Of a stretch of 64,000 nucleotides of DNA, positions 27,488 to 37,085 are shown one piece after another. Origin of the DNA: a virus; the IMG/VR virus record IMGVR_UViG_3300021962_000023, positions 96,001 to 160,000 of that record, one strand, 5' to 3'. The translations under genes were made by a program, and so were the position numbers. Numbering within the stretch: the stretch's first letter is position 1; each line of letters starts with the position of its first letter. Under the pieces are notes generated by a model that saw only the letters and a list, made by a program, of their open reading frames with translations, had not been told where the DNA came from and did not search any database.

Positions 27488-29098
27488 TTAACGAAGTAAC
27501 CAAGTTAGGTTTTCAGTTTGCCCTTTTCCTATTTCCATTTCATATGGATTTCTTCCCTGTTGCCAGTTTGTAGCATAAACTCCCGAGTTATTTTGTATCG
27601 TAGTCGAGCTCAACATACTCTTAGTTAAATCGATACCCTCTTGTCTTAAACGAAGAGCAGTATTACGAACCCAAAGTCCGATTGCCAATGCCATAATCAA
27701 GTCATCATTGTATCCTTTCATAGCTTCGGCTCTACCACCACTCCAAATAAATGTAAACATTTCATCTATTAATCTATTAGAACGGATAAGAATTTCCTTC
27801 TCATTCATATAAGTATCCAATGCTGATATGATAAGAGGACGAGTTTTTGATGTTGTGGAGAATCCTGCAACCATTTGCTTTTCATCTCTATAATATTTGT
27901 TACTCATTTGTCTTTCTGTATCGATGTATTTCAAATCATTACTCATATAGAATAAATTTGGATATCCTCTATTGATAATTTGTTGAATGCATGCCCAACC
28001 TACATTTGAGTTTTCCACAACAAGTAATGCATTGTTATATTCGGTTGCCAATGAAGTTAAGAAATTACCAAAATCCTTAGTGTCAATCTTACCTCTATAT
28101 TCTGCTACTTGCGAACTATCTTCAATATCAATTACTTGCGCAGTTGAAAAATCGGCTCCATCTCCACGGGCAACGTCAGCACATACCATATATTGTCTAT
28201 TGTAGTTTGGATGTTCCCAAACCCACAGATTACTATCAAACCCTCTCTTTTCAACCGGCTCCATTACATAGGTATCTTTATACCAACTCAATAATGCCGG
28301 TTCAATTACGGTATCACCTGAACCAATAAAGTCACAATCACATTCTTGTGCCGCTCCTTTAACTCCCAAAATACGAGTTTGTTCATCTCTCCATGCTTGA
28401 TTTCTTTCAGGGTGTACAGTCCAATGTAGATTAATACAATTGAAACCATTTTGCCCAGCTTCACCGGCTACCCAAGTTTTATGGAAGAAGTTACCCACAC
28501 CATTTGGTGTAGAAAGAATAATAGCAGAACCACCCGTTGATAGGGTTGATTGTGCTGATAACCAAATTTCATCGATATCTCTAATGAATGCCGCCTCATC
28601 CACAACTAATAGTGATAAGGCTTCAGAACGACCTGCATCGGGAGATGATGCGATTGCTTTTACTTGCGAACCATTCTTTAATTTAAGTGATAGTTTGTTA
28701 TCTTCAGCTGCCGCCGTTCCACCATCTCTTAACCATATTGGAAGTAAATCGTGCATAACTCTAACCTTTTCTACAAGGTTTTTAGCTACCGTCACTTTTG
28801 TTGCAATAACCAACGCGTTGAAGTCCTGATTGAATATCATTTTCCAAAGAATAAATCCTGCCGAAAGAGTTGATAAACCCAATTGACGAGATTTAAGGAT
28901 GATATTAAATCGGTTTTCCTTAAAGTCCGTTAAACAATCCTCCTGGAAAGGATAAAGGTGAAAGGGAATTTTCCCCCTCACCGGATGTTGAATAACACAA
29001 TACTTCTTCATAAAGTAAATGGGGTCAGCCGCACATTTACGATATTCTTCAGCAATTATTTCTTTTAGACTTTTCGTTGGTTTCCCTTGAACTGCCAT
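27488..29098 (-). CDS. terL: Terminase large subunit, T4 gp17-like
   Basis: KSRQLGLST (Walker A region), LLVVDEAAF (Walker B), STPNG, ADVARGDGADFS and NDDLIMA nuclease motifs. Confidence 0.95.
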   Translation of the reverse strand: MAVQGKPTKSLKEIIAEEYRKCAADPIYFMKKYCVIQHPVRGKIPFHLYPFQEDCLTDFKENRFNIILKSRQLGLSTLSAGFILWKMIFNQDFNALVIATKVTVAKNLVEKVRVMHDLLPIWLRDGGTAAAEDNKLSLKLKNGSQVKAIASSPDAGRSEALSLLVVDEAAFIRDIDEIWLSAQSTLSTGGSAIILSTPNGVGNFFHKTWVAGEAGQNGFNCINLHWTVHPERNQAWRDEQTRILGVKGAAQECDCDFIGSGDTVIEPALLSWYKDTYVMEPVEKRGFDSNLWVWEHPNYNRQYMVCADVARGDGADFSTAQVIDIEDSSQVAEYRGKIDTKDFGNFLTSLATEYNNALLVVENSNVGWACIQQIINRGYPNLFYMSNDLKYIDTERQMSNKYYRDEKQMVAGFSTTSKTRPLIISALDTYMNEKEILIRSNRLIDEMFTFIWSGGRAEAMKGYNDDLIMALAIGLWVRNTALRLRQEGIDLTKSMLSSTTIQNNSGVYATNWQQGRNPYEMEIGKGQTENLTWLLR

Positions 29099-29099
29099 A

Positions 29100-29747
29100 T
29101 TATTTTCTTAAACGGATTTTCCAATAAACACCACCATTGATGTAAGGAGTCAATCCACCATTTGTACCATCTACTACTCTATTTGCAACACCAACACCTA
29201 AATGGAATAATTTATCCTTTTTAGTGTTTAATATAACACCTGCTCCAATGTGAGATACAACATCTTGTTTGTTGAATCCACCTTCGAATCCGTAGAATAC
29301 TTTTGTTTTAGGTAATTCTTTTACGATTGTGGTTTCTTTAATAGTTCTTTGTTTCACATTTGCATTAAAAGTTCTACCTAAGATTTTGTTTTGTGAAATC
29401 GTATCAGTTACAGCCACAATTCCTAACGAATCAGGTAATACTAACACATCTTTATATAATACTTTTGAATAGTAATCTTTAAGTAATGCCATAGTATCTA
29501 CTACTGCAGGAATTTGTACTTCCTTTTCAACGATTGTTTCGTGATAGATATCTTCACCTTTCTTAGTTACTACTTTAGTTTTGATTACATCGATTGTATC
29601 AATTTCATGTTTAATAACTTCATATTTCTTACCATCGATTCTGATAGTTTTACCTGGCATAACTCCACCTGGATTCCAAAGTTCTAATAATACAATTACA
29701 ACTAATACTGCAATTGCAATGTTCTTAATGTTTAAGAATTTTTTCAT
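29100..29747 (-). CDS. Membrane-anchored/secreted hypothetical protein
   Basis: Basic N-terminus plus hydrophobic helix IAIAVLVVIVLLELW; beta-rich C-terminus. Confidence 0.55.
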   Translation of the reverse strand: MKKFLNIKNIAIAVLVVIVLLELWNPGGVMPGKTIRIDGKKYEVIKHEIDTIDVIKTKVVTKKGEDIYHETIVEKEVQIPAVVDTMALLKDYYSKVLYKDVLVLPDSLGIVAVTDTISQNKILGRTFNANVKQRTIKETTIVKELPKTKVFYGFEGGFNKQDVVSHIGAGVILNTKKDKLFHLGVGVANRVVDGTNGGLTPYINGGVYWKIRLRK

Positions 29748-29750
29748 AAT

Positions 29751-30419
29751 TTAGTTTTTTATTAATTCTGGATGATTTAATTCACGTAACTTATCTTCTA
29801 ATGCTAACTTACGCTCTAATAACGCTTCAATAGAATCGTATGCCTCATTAATATCATTTTGTAAATCAGATTTAACTTTTTCAATATCAATATCCCATTG
29901 CCATTTACTAAAAGTTCCATCCTCATTAACCATTTCAATTTGCTGTTTGATGCCACTCAATGCTTCTTCGTATTGAACTTTCATATCTCTAGCATAATCT
30001 AACTTATTCAAAGTTATCTTATAATCTTCGTAGAAAGGCCAAGTACCATCCGCTCTCAAAGGAGTTTCTTTTTTAGCTAAGCAAGTTGCACATAATCCGG
30101 TTTTAGCTATTAACTTTTTATCAGCATTACTATATTGTATAGTTTTACAATTTTCTCCTGAGCAAGTAGTTACTTTTTTTAAGAATTCTCTAACCTCATC
30201 CATTTTAGTGGTATTGATTTTAAATCCTTCTTTTTGCTCCCACTCTTTACCATCACCATCTACCCACTTCTCACCAACTTCTCTCTTTTTCTCAGCTTCT
30301 TTTTCATAACCAAATACATTTTGATTATCATCCGTTCTACCAAAGACAGTGTCTATGATTAATTTACGAGATTTGTGAATGTGTTTATTTTTTTCTTCAA
30401 AACTTGTTCTTTTTGCCAT
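29751..30419 (-). CDS. Hypothetical protein with Cys cluster and coiled coil
   Basis: CSGENC...CATC; helical C-terminus. Confidence 0.55.
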   Translation of the reverse strand: MAKRTSFEEKNKHIHKSRKLIIDTVFGRTDDNQNVFGYEKEAEKKREVGEKWVDGDGKEWEQKEGFKINTTKMDEVREFLKKVTTCSGENCKTIQYSNADKKLIAKTGLCATCLAKKETPLRADGTWPFYEDYKITLNKLDYARDMKVQYEEALSGIKQQIEMVNEDGTFSKWQWDIDIEKVKSDLQNDINEAYDSIEALLERKLALEDKLRELNHPELIKN

Positions 30420-30465
30420 AATATTCTATTTAATAACCTTTGTATATATGTATATATATAATTTT

Positions 30466-33400
30466 TTATTCGTAAAAAATACCTAATATTTGATTCAATG
30501 GTGCGAATGTACCCGTAAGTTTGTAAGTGTTTCCTTTATAAACAAATACAATACCCTCATTTGGAACTATCTTATCTTTACCACCAATACTAGCCAATCT
30601 AGCTAATTCCATTTTTAATTTAGCTATTTTAGATGGGTCACCACTTCCTCTAACTTTTTCTGCGGTTGATTTCAATCTATCCTTCATATTACGAACTGCC
30701 GCATCTGGATTTACAGTTAAAACTGAACCCATAAATGAAAGAACATCTGCCCCAACACCCAAAAATATTTCTTCAAATTGTCTAACATTATCTTTTTGTT
30801 GTTTTGCTACATTTACTTTATCGTGTTCGATTGCCCATTTTTGAGCATCTTTATCGGCAATAGTATTTAAACGGAATGATTTATCATAAAATGCCCATCT
30901 TCTAACTAATGCTTCTTTTTCTAATTTTTGTAATTTAACACCGCTTTTATTTACAAAATCTTCCCACCATGCTTGATGATATTCAGATACACCATCCTTA
31001 TCAGATAATTGGAACTGAAATTGTAGCTTTTGTAATTGAGTAAGGTATTTTGTTTGCTTTGAACTTAACTCCTCATTTTTAGGTAGTTCTGTTACAGGTG
31101 GGCCTTGTATTGTATACTTCGATTGAACATCAGCGTTTACTTGCTTAATCATTCCTGCTAACATAGTTGCTGCTCCTTGATTTGCACCAACTGCAACACC
31201 CTTCTCATCATAACAAGTTGTATTATGAAATACCAATAAAGCCTGTCCGTAAGGAATAACATTTACCGAAGTTGGCCATATTACTTCCAAATTCATAAAA
31301 CATTGTCCTTCATTAAATATCTTATTTCTTTGTGCTTCAGATAATGAACTAATTGCTGCAGATAAATCTCTCATAGCAAAATTGTAAGCATCGGTTAAAC
31401 CACCTCTACCGGCAAATTTCGATGCAACATCTTCAATACCCATAGCATTTGCTCCTGCGTTTTGTAAATGTCCTTTGTTTCTTGCTGCAATTAATCTACC
31501 ATTTTTCCAACTAATTGCCAATGCTTGTCCATCGGTTTTTTCTCTTGTCAATTCTAAGTTACCCGTCAATGCTCCTTTGATAATTTTCTTTAAATCACCA
31601 AAAGTTAAACCCATATCATCAAATGGATGACTCATATGTCCATATGCCCCACCTTCTAATATTAATCCTTCATTTATTGAGTGAGAACGGGTATCGGTTT
31701 TGAAAAAAGGACCTCTTCTAATTGTTCTGAAATCTAAACTCATTTCATTACCACCAATTTCTTTTGGTGCTATGATTTTTAATCTAACAGTCTGATTTCT
31801 ATTATCGATTCCCAATGTTTCAAATTCAATTTCAGAATACTTCTTACCTTTGAATCCTAAATTTTTACCAGTAATGAATTTATGAACCTTACCACCACTA
31901 ACGGCCTGTGCTTCATTTACAATCGTATGAGATGATGTTTGAAATTCACCCTTTCTCATTATAGTCTTAGCAATAACTTTATTTGCCATTTTTACAAATG
32001 GAATATTGATATCACTTCTCGTATCTTTAACTACGATTTGATTGTATTTATCTAAAAAATCTAAAAATTCTTTTTTGTGTCTAGCCAATCTTTTGAAGAA
32101 GCCAGTTAATTCTGGTTCTGATATTTCTTTTCCATTACGAGCATCATTTACTCTATCGAAAAAATGATTACTAAATTCTATATCAGCAGGAGATAATTCT
32201 TTATCTGCGTATTTTTCAACACTATTTAAATTGGATTGTGATAGTTTCTCTTTAAGATTTTTTTTTTCGTCTAATCCCAATTCATCGCCAACACCTGTAA
32301 TATCTCTATATCCAAAACTTCTCAATTCTCTTGCTACATCATTTCTATCTGCTTTTGGATTTTTACAAACTACTGCTGCGATTTTCTTTCTAACAAATGA
32401 ACCACCCTTATCCCACATATTCATAATTGCTTTGAATCTCCAGTCATTTGAACCAACTTCATTTACACTTTCACCTCGTGGGATTCGGAATGTAGTAGCT
32501 TGCTTACCATTGATTGTTGGCATTCCATGGTCATCAGTTCCAATATCTTTAACGGTAACTTTTTTGTTTTTAAACTTACCCATTAAAATCTCATCACCTT
32601 TATCAACATCTACATTAACATCTTCATTATAAATTTGTTTATTAATTCTACCATATTCTCTCATTAAAATTCCAGCAACTGAATGAGCTTGGTTTTCTAT
32701 TGGAGAACCATCGGCTCCATCTTGTACCGAATCTTTAATATATCCTAATTCATCTTGCTTTCTATGAACCATTTCATGTGCAATCGTTCTTAAAATATCA
32801 GCAGTTAATCTACCTTCGGTTGCAACATATATTGTTTTATCGGCTGGATTATATCCACCTAAAGATGATTTTACATTACCATATTCATTTCCTCCAACCA
32901 ATGTTATATTAGGAGTTTCTGCCAATTTTAATCTTTTAGTTGCATATTCCACAAAATGACTGATTGATTGTTTTTTTGTATCAGATAAATCTTCCTTCAT
33001 CAAATCAGCCGCTTTAGCCATTGGCTCTTGTTTTTTATATGATTGAATTGAATTTAATAATTGCTCATCATTTAGTTTATATGTTTCCATTGTTTTGGAA
33101 ACTCTACCAATTAGATTACTCAAAAATGTATTAGAATCATCGCCATTTGAGATTTCTAATAATCCCATTGTTGCGGTTGATAATCCAGCACCTGCTCCAG
33201 CTGCCTGACTTGCTCCCAATCCAAGAGATTCTAATGTAGCGTGTTTAGCAATATCTTTCATAAGGTGAGCGCCAAATCCACCTACACCATGTGTAAATGC
33301 ACCAACGGCACCATGCACAGCGGCTCCTCCGGCTGCGGCTAAACCTTGCCCTGCCATAACAGTCTTAGCTACCGCTACACCTGCTCCACCCAATGCCATT

Positions 33401-34881
33401 GAACCTAATATTAATCCAGTATCAATAGCAAAATGTTTTACATGATGTAATTGTTCTTTTCTTTTTTCATCCGAATATTCCCACTCACCTGTTTCTTTAT
33501 TTTTTGTAGAACCAATCTTTTGCCCACTAGCTAATGCTTTAACGGCATCCATTGTTCCGCCAATCATTTCCTTTTTATGCTCAGCCCAATGTTTTAATCC
33601 ATTACCAAATTGCTGTAAACCTGATTTTATATTATCTACAAATCCTTTTCTAGTTGATGAATTAGGGTCGTTTGTTGTATCTATAACATCATTTTCTTCT
33701 TTAGATAAATTTTTTCTAACAGAATCTAATTCTTCTTTTACTTTGATTTTATTCTTTTCGGAATCACTCATCTCCGCAGAAGATTTTAATTCATCTCCAC
33801 TTAATTTTTGCTCAGGAGGAGGCGCTTGTTGGCCAGATTCTTCCCCACCCTTTTTATCAGTAGTTGGTTCTTCTTTTGCTTTATCTACTTTACCTTGAGC
33901 CGTTGCTCCTTTATTTACAGGTTGTCCTGGTTGAGATGGTTTTGGTTCGTTCGCAGGTGCATCGGATGGGCCTTTAGCCATATGCTTCTGCTTTTCAGCT
34001 GCTGCTTCAGCAGGAGTTAATGCTCTCAATTTACCATTTTCCGATTTATGAGTAGCAGGTTGTCCTTTATCTTTACCATAGTATCCGCCACCCAAATGGA
34101 CTAATCCTAATTTTTCACCTTCAGATTCTTCTTTAAAATATGTTTTAACAAACTCCTCAAACATATCTTCAGCTACCGCTTTACCCAATATTTCGCTAAT
34201 TGGGTCATATAATTCGGATGTATTATGCCAATCAGGTTCGTTAGATGGATGTTCGGTTTCGTGTCTTGTTGGATGTGGCTCTGGTCTTAATTTATCAGAT
34301 GGATTTGTATTTACCGATTCGTTTAATTTGCCTGTTATCATTTTAAAAATTTCTTTATCAAATTTAGGATATGCTTTTAAAAATCCTTTTTCTTTATCTT
34401 TATTATCCTTGCCTAACCAATTACGAACATCGGTTCCACTAATTGCATTTGTTTCAGCAGGAACGGGATAAACATAACCTATTTCTTCGTATCCATATCC
34501 AGCTTTGCCTTTATATGGTTTAAAATACTTACCTTGTAATCTATTTGCATCCTTCTCTCCAACTGCTGCAATATATTGAGTTGTTTTACCATCAAATTGA
34601 GATAGTATTTCTTTTGGAGCATATGGATTACGAACTTGAACTATTTTATTTGATGGTATACCAAACATAGTAGTCATTATCTTTACCTTCTCATTAAAAT
34701 TAAAAGGGGATTTTGGACCAGAGGTATCATTAGACGTACCAATATAGACATTGTCTGTACCAAACTTTTTACAAAGTTTTAAATACGAAAGATAATGTCC
34801 TTTATGGAATGGTTGAAAACGACCCGAATATACTACTATGGTCTTTCTAACTACTGGTTTATCTACTTCGTTCAAATTCAT
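30466..34881 (-). CDS. 1471-aa multidomain protein: HIGH-family nucleotidyltransferase, Gly/Ala hydrophobic segment, HExxH metallopeptidase, HxxDR putative nuclease, ligase-like (KxDG) domain
   Basis: GRFQPFHKGH plus ISGTDVR; LRTIAHEMVH...IENQAH; IEFSNHFFDRVND; REKTDG...MNLEVI...EGIVF...YKLTG. Confidence 0.75.
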   Translation of the reverse strand: MNLNEVDKPVVRKTIVVYSGRFQPFHKGHYLSYLKLCKKFGTDNVYIGTSNDTSGPKSPFNFNEKVKIMTTMFGIPSNKIVQVRNPYAPKEILSQFDGKTTQYIAAVGEKDANRLQGKYFKPYKGKAGYGYEEIGYVYPVPAETNAISGTDVRNWLGKDNKDKEKGFLKAYPKFDKEIFKMITGKLNESVNTNPSDKLRPEPHPTRHETEHPSNEPDWHNTSELYDPISEILGKAVAEDMFEEFVKTYFKEESEGEKLGLVHLGGGYYGKDKGQPATHKSENGKLRALTPAEAAAEKQKHMAKGPSDAPANEPKPSQPGQPVNKGATAQGKVDKAKEEPTTDKKGGEESGQQAPPPEQKLSGDELKSSAEMSDSEKNKIKVKEELDSVRKNLSKEENDVIDTTNDPNSSTRKGFVDNIKSGLQQFGNGLKHWAEHKKEMIGGTMDAVKALASGQKIGSTKNKETGEWEYSDEKRKEQLHHVKHFAIDTGLILGSMALGGAGVAVAKTVMAGQGLAAAGGAAVHGAVGAFTHGVGGFGAHLMKDIAKHATLESLGLGASQAAGAGAGLSTATMGLLEISNGDDSNTFLSNLIGRVSKTMETYKLNDEQLLNSIQSYKKQEPMAKAADLMKEDLSDTKKQSISHFVEYATKRLKLAETPNITLVGGNEYGNVKSSLGGYNPADKTIYVATEGRLTADILRTIAHEMVHRKQDELGYIKDSVQDGADGSPIENQAHSVAGILMREYGRINKQIYNEDVNVDVDKGDEILMGKFKNKKVTVKDIGTDDHGMPTINGKQATTFRIPRGESVNEVGSNDWRFKAIMNMWDKGGSFVRKKIAAVVCKNPKADRNDVARELRSFGYRDITGVGDELGLDEKKNLKEKLSQSNLNSVEKYADKELSPADIEFSNHFFDRVNDARNGKEISEPELTGFFKRLARHKKEFLDFLDKYNQIVVKDTRSDINIPFVKMANKVIAKTIMRKGEFQTSSHTIVNEAQAVSGGKVHKFITGKNLGFKGKKYSEIEFETLGIDNRNQTVRLKIIAPKEIGGNEMSLDFRTIRRGPFFKTDTRSHSINEGLILEGGAYGHMSHPFDDMGLTFGDLKKIIKGALTGNLELTREKTDGQALAISWKNGRLIAARNKGHLQNAGANAMGIEDVASKFAGRGGLTDAYNFAMRDLSAAISSLSEAQRNKIFNEGQCFMNLEVIWPTSVNVIPYGQALLVFHNTTCYDEKGVAVGANQGAATMLAGMIKQVNADVQSKYTIQGPPVTELPKNEELSSKQTKYLTQLQKLQFQFQLSDKDGVSEYHQAWWEDFVNKSGVKLQKLEKEALVRRWAFYDKSFRLNTIADKDAQKWAIEHDKVNVAKQQKDNVRQFEEIFLGVGADVLSFMGSVLTVNPDAAVRNMKDRLKSTAEKVRGSGDPSKIAKLKMELARLASIGGKDKIVPNEGIVFVYKGNTYKLTGTFAPLNQILGIFYE

Positions 34882-34884
34882 ACA

Positions 34885-34893
34885 TATAAATAT
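34885..34893 (-). promoter_or_regulatory. Putative phage late-promoter motif ATATTTATA
   Basis: Ends 3 nt before ATG 34881. Confidence 0.5.
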
Positions 34894-34907
34894 TCCAAAA
34901 GTTAAGT

Positions 34908-35027
34908 TTAGAAGTTTTTATAAACAAATGGGTCTCTTTTTTTAAGTTCTGCTAACTTTTTTTTGATTCTTTTCTTCATTTTGTATTGCTCATACAACTC
35001 TTTCAGATACTTTAATGGATTCATCAT
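34908..35027 (-). CDS. 39-aa basic small protein (KKRDPFVY type), missed by the ORF track
   Basis: MMNPLKYLKELYEQYKMKKRIKKKLAELKKRDPFVYKNF*; ATGA overlap with the upstream stop; fills the gap exactly. Confidence 0.75.
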   Translation of the reverse strand: MMNPLKYLKELYEQYKMKKRIKKKLAELKKRDPFVYKNF

Positions 35028-36463
35028 AATATTGATATTTTTGGCTTTGGTACTAAATGACCTCTGCCTGTTAATTTTAAAAAGTGATGATGGTCTAACG
35101 ATATATGTTTACTTCCAATCTCATACATCAACTTTTTATTATGTATGATGTTTGGTAATAATTCTTTAATTATTTCCGTTAGTTCATCTATTGAATAACT
35201 ATTTAATCTGTTTATTTCTTTAAAAATTAGTTCTAATCTTTTTTTAGGATTTTCTTCCAAATCATAACTCTCATCAATTATAGGATGAAATGTTCTAAAT
35301 CCAAATTCCTCTTTTAAAAATTTTAAAGAATTAGCGGGCCCTATTAATATAAATGGGTGCCCATGTACTATTGGTTTCCAAATCTTTTCAGAAAGATACC
35401 CACTCTCTTCGTAAAAAAGAGTTTCCGATACAATTGATATCAATGAATTTAAATAAACTTCTTTATTTTCAAATCCATATCCCCATACATTATCTAAATT
35501 TTCATAATCTATTATTCGAGGGGATGTTTGCTTTATGTAATTTATAAATTCACTATACTCTTGTTCACCCAATCTATGTTTCATATCATCCATTGGTCCT
35601 TCTAAGAATAAATCGGCATCATAACTTATTAAGTTATTTTCAATCATATTATTTTTCCATAAAAAATATAAAACTTCTGCTCTATGGAATCTGATTCTTC
35701 TATTGAAATTATTGAACTTATGAATTTTATTATCAAAATTTGATACTTCATCTTCTGATAAGAAATTATACGATGCCTTTTTATGGTCATCTTGCCAAAA
35801 ATTATAATCGTCTTGATTTAATTTTTTAAAATATTCTTCAGCTTTGGAATTTAAAGACCAACAAAAATGAATCAATTTAGGCATATGTTCACCAAAAATT
35901 GGTTTCATCATTTTTTCCAAATTAAAATCATTGTGGCATATTATTATTTTTTTAAATGGGATGTTTAAATCCAGTAAACACTTATATAATTTAATAAGTT
36001 GAAATTTACTGATATTCCCATCAATAACATAGTTGATGACTAATTTACCACCCCATTCTCTAATTTCTTCCAATGTTTTGGATGGGATTAATTTGTTAAA
36101 TGGAATATTATTTGAAAATTTATCTAATCCTAAAAAATTTGCAATGTCACCATATGGTTCTATTAAATAATACCAATCGTAACAATTACCTCGTTCTCTT
36201 TCTCTAATAATACTATGTACCGAACGAGTCTCTATTCCAAAATAACCAGGATTTCCCTCTTCATCATTCAATTGAACATTAAATCTTGCATTAAATACCG
36301 GCCAAATTGCTTTTATTTTGTTTTTGAAATAATGTTCCGATGTATCAAAAGTCCAATCAGTATGGTAAGCAAATTCCAAATATTTTGGATTTAAACAATT
36401 TGGAACTTCATTATATGGAAATAATATATCGTATCCAATTACTATTTTTTCTTTACTATTCAT
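35024..36463 (-). CDS. Putative GT-B glycosyltransferase (GT10/fucosyltransferase-like motif)
   Basis: IVSETLF...YLSEKIWKPIVHGHPFILIG...GFRTF; paralogue of 44278..45600. Confidence 0.5.
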   Translation of the reverse strand: MNSKEKIVIGYDILFPYNEVPNCLNPKYLEFAYHTDWTFDTSEHYFKNKIKAIWPVFNARFNVQLNDEEGNPGYFGIETRSVHSIIRERERGNCYDWYYLIEPYGDIANFLGLDKFSNNIPFNKLIPSKTLEEIREWGGKLVINYVIDGNISKFQLIKLYKCLLDLNIPFKKIIICHNDFNLEKMMKPIFGEHMPKLIHFCWSLNSKAEEYFKKLNQDDYNFWQDDHKKASYNFLSEDEVSNFDNKIHKFNNFNRRIRFHRAEVLYFLWKNNMIENNLISYDADLFLEGPMDDMKHRLGEQEYSEFINYIKQTSPRIIDYENLDNVWGYGFENKEVYLNSLISIVSETLFYEESGYLSEKIWKPIVHGHPFILIGPANSLKFLKEEFGFRTFHPIIDESYDLEENPKKRLELIFKEINRLNSYSIDELTEIIKELLPNIIHNKKLMYEIGSKHISLDHHHFLKLTGRGHLVPKPKISIL

Positions 36464-37085
36464 TTACTTTTATTTCTAAAACATAAAACCTAGAATCTCT
36501 AATCCAACCATATCTCTCACATGCAATTAAACTATAAGTATAATCATTTCCACCTATTTGCATTATTTCTTCAGGTTGTATCCCACCCATATTTCCTACC
36601 AATATTATGACTCCATCCTTTTTTAAATAATTTTTAGCATATTTAAAAAAATGTTTATGAAATTCTAAATCTTGGTCTAAACATATTAATTCTTCTTCCA
36701 TACTAACATATCCACCATTTCTAGGAGATGCATAATGTGGTGCATTCATAACTATGGTATCAAACATATTATGAATTTGAAATGATTTAAATCCATCCGA
36801 TTGGATAAATTTGGTGTTCATTAAATTGTTTTGTAAAATGGTTTGCCGTATGTATGAATTGTGTGCATCGTTTATATCCGATAAAACTAAAGAATCGGCA
36901 AATCCTTCAAAGTTTAAATAAAATCCCATAAAACCTGGGCCTGAACACATTTCTAATATGTTACCCTTTTTTACAATTGATTTTACTCTTTCATCTCGCA
37001 AAGAGTTTACGCCAAACGAACTACCACCACCATCGTAAATTTCATCGTAAATGACTTTACCATTTTCTAATATTAACTCTTTCAT
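36456..37085 (-). CDS. Class I SAM-dependent methyltransferase
   Basis: ILEMCSGPGFMG motif I; IVMNAPHY motif IV. Confidence 0.8.
   Translation of the reverse strand: MKELILENGKVIYDEIYDGGGSSFGVNSLRDERVKSIVKKGNILEMCSGPGFMGFYLNFEGFADSLVLSDINDAHNSYIRQTILQNNLMNTKFIQSDGFKSFQIHNMFDTIVMNAPHYASPRNGGYVSMEEELICLDQDLEFHKHFFKYAKNYLKKDGVIILVGNMGGIQPEEIMQIGGNDYTYSLIACERYGWIRDSRFYVLEIKVNE

Noticed and set aside
17680-29098. Inteins or introns in the terminase, portal or capsid genes
   Set aside because: Lengths are typical for the families, and no splicing or homing-endonuclease motifs were seen.
30441-30460. (TA)n tract upstream of 29751..30419
   Set aside because: A short AT-rich run in an AT-rich genome; it could be a degenerate late motif but is not supportable.
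34320-34870. NAD-reconstitution (Nampt/Nmnat-type) anti-defence pathway based on the HIGH domain
   Set aside because: No partner enzyme in the window, and substrate specificity cannot be read from the motif alone.
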